From positions 1 through 51,429 of the forward strand of contig CAZYOC010000002.1 in NCBI GenBank assembly GCA_964648415.1: a stretch of 51,429 bases of DNA, in the 5' to 3' direction. Positions 7,495-15,228 of this stretch are shown in pieces (position 1 is the stretch's first letter; each line of letters opens with the position of its first letter). Made by a program: the position numbers and the translations under genes. Under the pieces are notes generated by a model. That model was given only the letters and a program-made list of their open reading frames with translations. It made no database searches and was not told where the DNA came from. The stretch is from an uncultured bacterium. Its GTDB lineage: Bacteria > Electryoneota > Electryoneia > Electryoneales > Electryoneaceae.

Positions 7495-8814
7495 ATGAAG
7501 AGGCTTTTCAGCGTGATCGTGATCGCAATCGCCCTGCTCCTGCTGGGCTGTGGTGGCCAGGGAGATGTCTGGTTCGACGGCGGCTTCGACCAGGCCAAAT
7601 CACAGGCCATGGCCGATGGCAAGCTGATCGCGATTGATTTCTACTCGCCTACGTGAGGCCCGTGCAAACTGCTGGATCAGCAGTTCTTCAACAATCCCGA
7701 CTACAACGAGTTCCTCACCTCCAACTTTGTCCTGTTCCACACGGACAGCCATACCGAAGAAGGCAAGAAAGTCTTTGAAGCCTACAATGTACGCGGTACG
7801 CCGCAGGTGGTGGTCATCCAGGCCGACGGCGAAGAGGTCGACCGTTTCATCGGCTATGCCGGCGACCCCTCTGCACCCAAATCCGAGCTGGAGCGTATTC
7901 TGGCAGGCGAAAACACGCTACAAAGCCTGAAGCAGGCGTATGAGGAGAACCCGGACGACCCCACGGCCGCGGCGAGGCTCGCCAAGTGGTATCTCAGTAA
8001 ATACCAGTGGGATCAGGTGCCGGCGTACATCACCGTCATCCTGGAAAACGAGGAAGCTGCGAAAGAGGCGACTGGCGCCTTCGGTATGGAAGGGCAAGAA
8101 GTGTCTGCTTATGAGTTCGCCCGGGCGCTAGAGGGTTATCAATCTCCTGAAAGGGCGGCCGCCTTCTTCGAAGAGTTCCCGAAAAGTGAATTGGACGACG
8201 ATGTGCTTTCGCTGCTCGCCCGGCATCTGCGAGATATGAAGCAGCGCACCCAGACGCTGAAAATCTTCGAAGACATTCAGACCACTCATCCCAGCAACTA
8301 CAATGCGTTCGCGTATGTCGTGCGCCACTTCGGCGATCTGCGGACTGAAACAGACGCCTATGGACCAGCGGAAGGCCTGCGCTACGCGGAACCCATGTTC
8401 GAGCAGTTCGGCGCTGAGCTGGAGACCAATGACCGGCAAAGCCTGGCCACGATCTTCCTCGCGGCAAACAAGCCTGACAAGGCGCTGGAGGTCTTCGGTC
8501 CCGACTACGCTGCCGGGTTGATTGATGAGAAGGATGCCAATGGCCTGAATGGGTACGCCTGGTACTGGGCGCTGAAAGGCGAGAACCTGTCGAACGCGTT
8601 GCATGCGGCTCAGAAAGCGGTGGAGTTCGCGCCTGAAGACGCCAATATCTGGGACACGCTGTCCATGGTCTACTGGCGCATGGGCAACCATCAGGAAGCG
8701 ATCCAGGCGGAGATGCGGGCGCTGGAGTTGAACCCCGACGCAAGCGAGAACTTCCAGAAGCGGATCGACGACATCCGTGCGGACATGGAAACACAAGAGG
8801 GCGAAGCGGCGTAG
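7495..8814 (+). CDS. Selenocysteine-containing thioredoxin-like lipoprotein with a C-terminal TPR domain (UGA recoded at 7654-7656)
   Basis: ATG at 7495 with SD 'ggaggg'. The signal peptide and lipobox read 'MKRLFSVIVIAIALLLLGC'. 53 codons precede the in-frame TGA, and the same frame stays open through ORF 7807..8814. The context 'IAIDFYSPT-TGA-GPCKLLD' matches the thioredoxin motif 'DFxAxWCGPCK' with Sec in place of the first Cys. TPR repeats follow at the C-terminus ('NIWDTLSMVYWRMGNHQEAIQAEMRALELNP'). Confidence 0.8.
7667..7685 (+). promoter_or_regulatory. Candidate bacterial SECIS stem-loop
   Basis: 'aactgctg' (7667-7674) and 'cagcagtt' (7678-7685) form an 8-bp stem. The apical 'GGAUC' can open into a loop. 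The stem starts 10 nt after the UGA, which is the expected placement for SelB-dependent recoding. Confidence 0.55.
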
Positions 8815-8962
8815 CTGGACAAACCTGGCGAGGGCGACGGTCACCCGAGGACTTAGCCTGAACTGTGTTGAGTCAGATCCCCAGCACAAACAGACGCGTT
8901 TTACGACCTGACACGACCTCTACGCAAGACTGAAGCAGCACCATCGACGGGCAGAAAGAAGA

Positions 8963-10219
8963 TTATTCCGCAAGGGGCAACGTGATTGTAAACGTTGTCC
9001 CTTTTTCCATTTCGCTGTCCAGACGGATACTTCCGCCAACGTTATCAATCATCTGGCGACAAATCCACAACCCGAGTCCGGTGCCGCGCGGCGCTTCCGG
9101 ATCGTCGGTGCTTTCGTTTTGTGAAGGCTTGGTGGAATAGAACGGTTCGAAGATCTGCTCACGGTTTTCTTCGGGAATCCCGGGCCCGTTGTCCTCGATT
9201 TCCAGCACGGCATGGTTGTCGGCAACACGTGTCGTAATGCGTACCGAAGCTTCATTCTGGGCGTACATCGCATCAATGGCGTTGCGGAGCAGATTCTGGA
9301 CCACCTGGCTCATGTCGCCCGGAACCATCCGGATCCACAGTGGTTCAGGGTGCAGCTCAATGTCTTTTTCAATGCGATGCTTGAAGGTCAAGTCGGCCTG
9401 GAAGAAATCGAGTTCGCGACGGATCAGGTCATTCAGGTCGAAGCGCACAGCTTTGTCGCTGCTGTCCGCCCGGCTCTTCTCCAGCAGGGAGCTGATCATT
9501 TTGTCCAGTGTTTCATGCGACAGTTCGATGTACTCCACCGCCATTTCCAAGCGTTTTTCCATGCGGCTGAAAATGGTCAGTTTCTCCTCCTGGCTGAGGC
9601 CCTCCTGGTTGAGCCTGGTCAGGCTGTCGGTAATCATGCGTGCGCTCATTACAGCAGACGAGAGCGGGTTCTTCAGGTTGTGAACGATCCCCTGCACAAG
9701 CTGGCCGAACACCGCCTTACGTTCGCTGCGCACCAGGTCGCGGGTCCGTTCTTCCAGCATCTGCTCCAGCCGCTCGTTGTAGTGGCGGATGGTTTTCTGC
9801 TGTTCGATGATCTTGAGCTGGTTGCGGATGCGGGCCAGGACTTCCGGGGCCTGGAAGGGTTTGGTGATGTAGTCCACCGCGCCAAGACTGAAACCGCGCA
9901 CCTTGTCTTCCACTTCATTCTTCGCGGTGAGAAAAATGACCGGAATGTCGCGGGTGGCGGGGTTCTCCTTCAAACGGCGGCACACCTCGAACCCGTCCAT
10001 CTCCGGCATCATAATGTCCAGCAGGATGATATCCACCTGCCGCTCTTTGAGATGCTCCAGCACAGCATGCCCGCTGGTGGCGAAATGGATGTCGAATCCC
10101 TCATCCGCCAGGATGGAGAACAGAAGCTGGACATTCTTCATCACATCATCGACAATCAATACCGATGACGATGAAGGCTGGTCGTTGGCTGTGTTTAGAG
10201 ACAGGGTGTCGGACGCCAT
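8963..10219 (-). CDS. Response-regulator receiver fused to a histidine kinase (REC-HisKA-HATPase_c)
   Basis: ORF 8963..10300; the likely ATG is at 10219 ('MASDTLS'). The receiver reads 'VLIVDDV...ILLDIMMPEMDGFEV...KPF'. The H-box region is 'IVHNLKNPLSS'. The ATPase motifs are 'EDNGPGIP' and 'GTGLGLWICRQMI'. Confidence 0.9.
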   Translation of the reverse strand: MASDTLSLNTANDQPSSSSVLIVDDVMKNVQLLFSILADEGFDIHFATSGHAVLEHLKERQVDIILLDIMMPEMDGFEVCRRLKENPATRDIPVIFLTAKNEVEDKVRGFSLGAVDYITKPFQAPEVLARIRNQLKIIEQQKTIRHYNERLEQMLEERTRDLVRSERKAVFGQLVQGIVHNLKNPLSSAVMSARMITDSLTRLNQEGLSQEEKLTIFSRMEKRLEMAVEYIELSHETLDKMISSLLEKSRADSSDKAVRFDLNDLIRRELDFFQADLTFKHRIEKDIELHPEPLWIRMVPGDMSQVVQNLLRNAIDAMYAQNEASVRITTRVADNHAVLEIEDNGPGIPEENREQIFEPFYSTKPSQNESTDDPEAPRGTGLGLWICRQMIDNVGGSIRLDSEMEKGTTFTITLPLAE

Positions 10220-10340
10220 CGTCTTGTGCGCAATCGTGGTGTGTGCCGTCAGCTCAACGGAGATACATAGGTCGAAATATTTTGCTTGACCCAATGACAA
10301 AGATAAGGCGAGGAATACGCTGAAGAAAACGGCGCAGAGC

Positions 10341-10547
10341 AGACTGTCGCAGAATGTGAGAGGTATCTCATCCCAGCGAAGGCTGGGATCCAGTCATGTT
10401 TATATACTACAAGATGTTAACTATGAAAAGACCCTATTGAACACTACAGTGGTTCTGAATTGCTAACATGTTATATTCTTGCACCTTGCCTGGATTCCAG
10501 CCTTCGCTGGAATGAGAGCTGTTCCTATTGTGATACAGTCTGAGAGG
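10341..10547 (+). repeat. Family-1 dispersed element, full copy B
   Basis: 'cagactgtcgcagaatgtgagagg', then the hairpin 'tctcatcccagcgaaggctgggatcca' (10367-10393), the core, and 'ctggattccagccttcgctggaatgaga' (10491-10518), followed by 'gctgttcctattgtgatacagtctgagagg'. It is collinear with copy A. Confidence 0.9.
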
Positions 10548-10576
10548 CAGGTATCTGAGAATTCCTTTCAGAATCA

Positions 10577-10656
10577 TGTCATCCCAGCCCCACATGTCAT
10601 CCCAGGCCGCACGTCATCCCAGCCCACACATGTCATCCCCAGCGAAGGCGGGGATC
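10577..10656 (+). repeat. Four tandem ~17-bp half-hairpin units ('(a)tgtcatcccag')
   Basis: 'atgtcatcccagcccc / acatgtcatcccaggccgc / acgtcatcccagcccacac / atgtcatccccagcgaaggcggggatc'. These are translated as the repeated 'HVIP' in the spurious ORF 10479..10721. Confidence 0.8.
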
Positions 10657-10707
10657 TCCTCCGGTTCCAGGCGGATCTGCAAGCATCAGAATTGAGTCAT
10701 CATGTCA

Positions 10708-11313
10708 CTATTCAACGATGAATTGGACATTATCGATGTACCACTCAATTGCGCTGCCTTGCTCAAAATAAAACCACTCAAAGGCGATCCGAAAATCTCG
10801 CGCCACTCCGCAATACTCGCTGATATCAATCGAAATCTGGTTCCAGTCCGCCTGCTGGATGGGCGTTTCCCATACCGTTTCCGTATGCTCTTGATTTGCC
10901 TGCACGTAGACCCGAACAAAGTTGGTATCCGTAGTGGCGTCAGTTCCCATTTTCGAGAAGAAGTTCAGGGTTCCGGATGAATAGGGATACAGATCAAAGC
11001 CCTTCATGATGGTGGCGCTGCCGCGTCGATTACCGGCCGCATGATCGATGCTGGAATACTCCGCGCCGATGCAGTAATTGCTGACATACGCCACGCTGCT
11101 GTCAAACACCTCCCAGCTCAGCAGTTTCCAATCTGTCGGCTCGGTATCGAATTGATCGGCAAACAGCTCGCGCGGCGGGCCGTCATAGCCGCCGGGCTCC
11201 TCGCTGTCGCTGTTGTTTCCGACTAAGGCGCCGTCCTCTTCCCCCCCGCAGACAACCAGGAACAGCAGGCAGAGAAGCGGCGCCATCCAACAGGGGCGTT
11301 GATACTGTGACAT
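10708..11313 (-). CDS. Hypothetical secreted lipoprotein (beta-sandwich-like)
   Basis: 201 aa. Signal peptide and lipobox 'LLCLLFLVVCGG', followed by an acidic linker. The C-terminal 'WYIDNVQF' resembles the ends of choice-of-anchor/MAM-like domains, but that is a weak match. Confidence 0.6.
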   Translation of the reverse strand: MSQYQRPCWMAPLLCLLFLVVCGGEEDGALVGNNSDSEEPGGYDGPPRELFADQFDTEPTDWKLLSWEVFDSSVAYVSNYCIGAEYSSIDHAAGNRRGSATIMKGFDLYPYSSGTLNFFSKMGTDATTDTNFVRVYVQANQEHTETVWETPIQQADWNQISIDISEYCGVARDFRIAFEWFYFEQGSAIEWYIDNVQFIVE

Positions 11314-11365
11314 GTCACCCTTTACGCAGGTCAGGTTTATTAGCTATATAATGAAACTGCCGGGT

Positions 11366-11401
11366 GAATAAAAACGGCTCCTCGCTGCTTCAGGAGGAGC
11401 C
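11366..11401 (-). terminator. Rho-independent terminator downstream of the glutamate decarboxylase gene
   Basis: The minus strand reads 'ggctcctc-ctgaagcagc-gaggagcc' (8-bp stem, 11376-11401) followed by 'gtttttatt'. It begins 24 nt after the stop codon. Confidence 0.7.
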
Positions 11402-11424
11402 GAGTCGCTTCATGCGATTGTTAG

Positions 11425-12837
11425 TCAGCAAATGCCCCGGGTTCGTTCATCGGCGCGGTCCAGTAATCCTTCCGCCTTGGCCGGCTTGGTTTTATCCAGA
11501 TAGGCCAGCGTCCTTCGCAAATCATCCGCCAGCATCTCCGCCAGGTCATGGCTGAAGCCTTCACGCACCACCACCCGCAACACAGCCTCGTCGGTGACGT
11601 TGTCCGGCAGCGTATAGGCCGGGACAATCCAGCCCCGCTCGCGCAACTTCTCCGAGATGTGGAACACGTTGAAATCACTGGTGTCTTTCAGACGGAACAC
11701 GGACACAGGCAGAGAACGGTTGTCGCTGAGAAGCTCAAAACGGTCCAGCTCTCGAATGTGGTCGTCGAGCCAGTCGGTCACATTCATCAGGGTCTTCATG
11801 ATGCGCGTATAGCCGTCGCGCCCCAGCCGCAGGAAGTTGTAATACTGGGCGATGATATGGCTGCTGCCGCGTGAGAAGTTCAGGTTGAAGGTGGGCAGGT
11901 CGCCGCCAAGATAGTTCACATGAAAAACGAGATCCTCCGGCAGATCCTTCTCTTCTCGCCAGAGCACCCACCCGACGCCGGGATAGACCAGCCCGAACTT
12001 ATGGCCGGAGACATTGATGGATTTCACCCTTTCGTTGCGGAAATCCCAAGGCAGATCCGGCTGGGTGAAGGGGGCGACAAACCCTCCGCTGGCGGCGTCC
12101 ACATGCACCGGGATGTTCAGCCCGCGCTCCTTTTCCACGTCGTCGAGCGCTTCGCAGATCTCCTTGACCGGTTCAAATTCCCCGGTAAAGGTCGAGCCGA
12201 GGATCGCCACCACCGCGATGGTGTTCTCGTCGACATACTCCTTGACCTCATCGGGCGTGATGATGTATTTGCCGTGCTCCATGGGGATCAGCCGCGGCTC
12301 CACCTCGAAGTAGCGGGCGAACTTATCCCACACCACCTGCACATCGATGCCCATCACGATATTCGGCTTGTCGGTCGGTTTTCCTTCCGCCTGACGCCGC
12401 TGCTTCCAGTTCCACTTGGCGGCCAACCCGGCCAGCATGATCGCCTCCGACGAACCAATCGCGGCCGTACCCACCGATTTTGATGTCGTTGGCGAGTTGA
12501 ACAACCGCGCCAGCATACTCACACACCGGTCCTGGATCACCATCGTCTGAGGGTATTCTTCCTGATCGACGAAATTCTTGTTCAGGCTCTCCACGATGAG
12601 CTTCTCCGCCTCCGGCTCCATCCAGGTGGTCACAAAGCTGGCGAGGTTCAGCTTGGGATTGCCATCCAGGTTCAACTCGTCATGAATCAACTGGTAGGCG
12701 ACATTGGCGGGCATGGAAGAAGCCGGCAATTCAAACTTGGGGATCGGCTCATCAAAATACCGTGCGCCGTAGGTGGAATCGCTGTGAGTGGTTAACTTGT
12801 CGGGAATGTCGGTGTGCTTCGTCTCCCGTGAGATCAT
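11425..12837 (-). CDS. gad: Glutamate decarboxylase (PLP-dependent, GadA/GadB family)
   Basis: ORF 11425..13104; the likely start is 'MISRETK' at 12837, because the upstream part is low-complexity and overlaps the divergent gene. Motifs include 'NLASFVTTWMEPEA', 'QDRCVSMLARLFN', 'GSSEAIMLAG' and the PLP-lysine motif 'SGHKFGLVYPGVGWVLWR'. Confidence 0.9.
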   Translation of the reverse strand: MISRETKHTDIPDKLTTHSDSTYGARYFDEPIPKFELPASSMPANVAYQLIHDELNLDGNPKLNLASFVTTWMEPEAEKLIVESLNKNFVDQEEYPQTMVIQDRCVSMLARLFNSPTTSKSVGTAAIGSSEAIMLAGLAAKWNWKQRRQAEGKPTDKPNIVMGIDVQVVWDKFARYFEVEPRLIPMEHGKYIITPDEVKEYVDENTIAVVAILGSTFTGEFEPVKEICEALDDVEKERGLNIPVHVDAASGGFVAPFTQPDLPWDFRNERVKSINVSGHKFGLVYPGVGWVLWREEKDLPEDLVFHVNYLGGDLPTFNLNFSRGSSHIIAQYYNFLRLGRDGYTRIMKTLMNVTDWLDDHIRELDRFELLSDNRSLPVSVFRLKDTSDFNVFHISEKLRERGWIVPAYTLPDNVTDEAVLRVVVREGFSHDLAEMLADDLRRTLAYLDKTKPAKAEGLLDRADERTRGIC

Positions 12838-12973
12838 GAGTACGTCTCCCTGTGATGTTGAGGTTGACCGGAGTGTCCGAGAAGTGTACGATGATAGCTT
12901 CCGAGTATTCAATCGCAATGAAGACTTTTTCGCCTTATTTTGAGGTGACCCGAGCCCACAGACGGAGATCGAC

Positions 12974-13828
12974 ATGAAGGTGTTTCGGCTGCTTCCGCTA
13001 TTCCTGCTTCCTGGCTTGCTGTTTTCCGGCGGCTGCGACCTGTTCGGCGATGATGACGATGGCGGTGGTGAGGGCGACGGTGTCCTCCTCCCCTTCGAGG
13101 TCATCTTCCCCGACCGGCATATCAGTTACGGCCAGAGCGTCGGGCCGCGGCATGACGGCATCCACGCCAACACCTACGATCTCTTCTTTGACGAAACCTA
13201 TGACGCAACTTCCTTTATCGGCGGCGAATACGCCTACCTCGTCTCCGGACGCGGTGTGCTGCCCTTTGTGATCGAGGGAACCCTGGTACAGAACGGGTCC
13301 AGCGTGGTCGTGGGCATGTTCGGCTATCCGCAGGAGGGCGACGGCGCGGAACTCACCGGCACCATCATCTGGCGCGAAGAAGACGCCTGGCCCATGTTCT
13401 CACCGAACCAGGTCGGCGAACTGCCCGACGACCTCTACTCCCAACTGCAGCGCATCGGTACGGAGAATTGGGGAATCGATTCCACCGACACGCTTGAATT
13501 CGTGGTGCTGGGCCGTAACGAAAATGCCGCCCTGATCTGGCTCGCACAACAGGCGCCGGACAGTATCTCCAACGACAGCACGTTCAGCTTTGACGCGCCC
13601 AAGATCAAGATGGGACCTGTGCTGAACCTGGAGGACGAATACAGTCTCGAACGGACGTTCGAGGTGGAAGGCGGGATCGATTACGACGCCATCGACCGGG
13701 TGGATTTCAGCGGTGACCGTCTCCCGAACCTGGTCAGCATCAAGCTGCTCGGCGCCGGCGCGCCGGTCTACGCTTACGTGAGAGCGCCGGAAGACATGAA
13801 ATGGTACTGGGTCGGCCAGATTAACTAA
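12974..13828 (+). CDS. Hypothetical lipoprotein
   Basis: 284 aa. Signal and lipobox 'LLFSGGC', followed by an Asp/Gly-rich linker. I recognise no family. Confidence 0.6.
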   Translation: MKVFRLLPLFLLPGLLFSGGCDLFGDDDDGGGEGDGVLLPFEVIFPDRHISYGQSVGPRHDGIHANTYDLFFDETYDATSFIGGEYAYLVSGRGVLPFVIEGTLVQNGSSVVVGMFGYPQEGDGAELTGTIIWREEDAWPMFSPNQVGELPDDLYSQLQRIGTENWGIDSTDTLEFVVLGRNENAALIWLAQQAPDSISNDSTFSFDAPKIKMGPVLNLEDEYSLERTFEVEGGIDYDAIDRVDFSGDRLPNLVSIKLLGAGAPVYAYVRAPEDMKWYWVGQIN

Positions 13829-13853
13829 TTGTTCGTTTCATAGTCAAAGTGAT

Positions 13854-13960
13854 ATTTGCCCTGGGCAGCTTGATGCGAGACCCTTGGATAACAATTCACC
13901 CATTGCTATGAACGAATCGCCCACTTCTGTCACTCTTTACTGGTCGCTGCCCGGGTTTAT
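13854..13960 (-). repeat. Family-2 MITE-like element, copy 1 (inverted orientation)
   Basis: 107 bp. The termini are 'atttgccctgggcagcttga' and 'tcgctgcccgggtttat'. Its reverse complement aligns end-to-end with copies 2 and 3 ('ataaacccgggcagcga...tcaagctgcccagggcaaat'). Confidence 0.75.
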
Positions 13961-13990
13961 ACTGGAACTGTAATTGCTTACCGACTCTTA

Positions 13991-14098
13991 GTTTAGACCC
14001 GGGCAGCGATGAACGACTATGACTTCACGACTCGTTTGAGTTCATTGTTGGGGGTGATAGGTAGTCTTGCTGCAAGCGTCAAGCTGCCCGGGCCAAAT
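13991..14098 (+). repeat. Family-2 MITE-like element, copy 2
   Basis: 108 bp: 'gtttagacccgggcagcgatgaa...gagttcattgttggg...tcaagctgcccgggccaaat'. The terminal 10-11-nt inverted repeat is 'cccgggcagc'/'gctgcccggg'. Confidence 0.75.
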
Positions 14099-14150
14099 AC
14101 CATAGAATCCATCAAATCAGGTAAACGGCGCACTAACACGCGAGGCGCTC

Positions 14151-15005
14151 ATGTCCCTGAAGGGATGCATCGACCTGCATTGCCACACCACCGCTTCCGA
14201 TGGGAGCCTGTCCCCTCGCGAATTGGTGCGTAAGGCGGCGAGATTGGGACTGGAAGCCGTGGCCATCACCGACCATGACACCATCGCAGGTGTTGACGAA
14301 GGAATGCATGCGGGTCGTGACTACGGAATCGAGGTCGTGCCGGGCGTGGAGATCTCCACCGGGATCGACACGTTCACTCCCCACCTGCTGGGCTATTTCA
14401 TCGACCCCGCCTCCGCGCCGCTTCGGGAAGCGTTGGACCGGATGAAACAGTATCGCGATGAACGTAACCCCAGACTCATCGCCAGGCTGAACGAACTCGG
14501 CATTCCCATCACCCTTGAACAGGTGCGCAGGCAGGCCGGCGGCGAGTTGATCGGACGGCCGCATTTTGCGCGGGTGCTGGTCAACCTGGGCGCGGCCAAG
14601 ACCGTGCAGGACGCATTCGACCGTTACCTGGGCTCTGCGGGATCAGCATACATCCAAAAAAAGAGGATGCCGGCAGACGAAGCGGTGCGGGCCATCCTCG
14701 ACGGCCGGGGGGCGCCGGTGCTGGCGCATCCCTTCACTCTCACCCGTCACGGGGCTGACCTCGAGAACATCCTCAAACCCCTGCTGGATGCCGGCTTGAA
14801 AGGCCTCGAAGTCTACTACCCGGATCATACGGAGGAGGAGACTCACACCTTCCAGCGACTGGCGGACCGGCTGGGCCTGGTGAAAACCGGGGGCAGCGAC
14901 TTCCACGGCTCCGCAAAACCGGAGATCAAACTCGGGACCGGTTTGGGCGGTGATTGGTGTATCAAGGTCAACATACTTCCAGCACTGCGAAGTTTGGTAG
15001 TCTGA
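14151..15005 (+). CDS. PHP-domain phosphoesterase (TrpH/YciV family)
   Basis: Motifs 'IDLHCHTTASDG', 'AVAITDHDT', 'AHP' and 'GGSDFHG'. Length is 284 aa. Confidence 0.85.
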   Translation: MSLKGCIDLHCHTTASDGSLSPRELVRKAARLGLEAVAITDHDTIAGVDEGMHAGRDYGIEVVPGVEISTGIDTFTPHLLGYFIDPASAPLREALDRMKQYRDERNPRLIARLNELGIPITLEQVRRQAGGELIGRPHFARVLVNLGAAKTVQDAFDRYLGSAGSAYIQKKRMPADEAVRAILDGRGAPVLAHPFTLTRHGADLENILKPLLDAGLKGLEVYYPDHTEEETHTFQRLADRLGLVKTGGSDFHGSAKPEIKLGTGLGGDWCIKVNILPALRSLVV

Positions 15006-15066
15006 AATCGAAGCCGGTCGTGAAACTTTTCTTGCGGGAATTCAACGTGGCCTGATCAGCCGGCAA

Positions 15067-15228
15067 ATGCGCAACAAGTTTCCACAAAACAGTTGGGCGG
15101 TGACTGAGACAGGCTACCCGCTTGAATCACAACTTGAGAACGCCGAGAAGTGGACTTATCATGGCTATCCAATGCCTGAAAGCGATCCTTTTCGTGAGGT
15201 CGTCAAAGAAAAGTGGGACAGATCATGA
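15067..15228 (+). CDS. Possible 53-aa small ORF translationally coupled (ATGA overlap) to the AT-rich gene
   Basis: The frame is open from 15001 with an ATG at 15067. Its stop, TGA 15226-15228, overlaps the ATG at 15225-15227 of the next gene. It is below the ORF-track size cut-off, has no clear SD and matches no family I recognise. Confidence 0.25.
   Translation: MRNKFPQNSWAVTETGYPLESQLENAEKWTYHGYPMPESDPFREVVKEKWDRS

Noticed and set aside
7654-7656. TGA interpreted as a genuine stop or a pseudogene-forming nonsense mutation
   Set aside because: The stop falls precisely on the first redox Cys of a WCGPCK-type motif and a hairpin follows at SECIS distance. The downstream 386 codons remain open and look like intact Trx-fold and TPR sequence. 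A random nonsense mutation hitting this exact codon is much less likely, though read-level verification is still needed.
14009-14233. 74-aa ORF upstream of and overlapping the PHP gene
   Set aside because: It lies almost entirely within family-2 repeat copy 2, and it runs into the PHP gene in a different frame.
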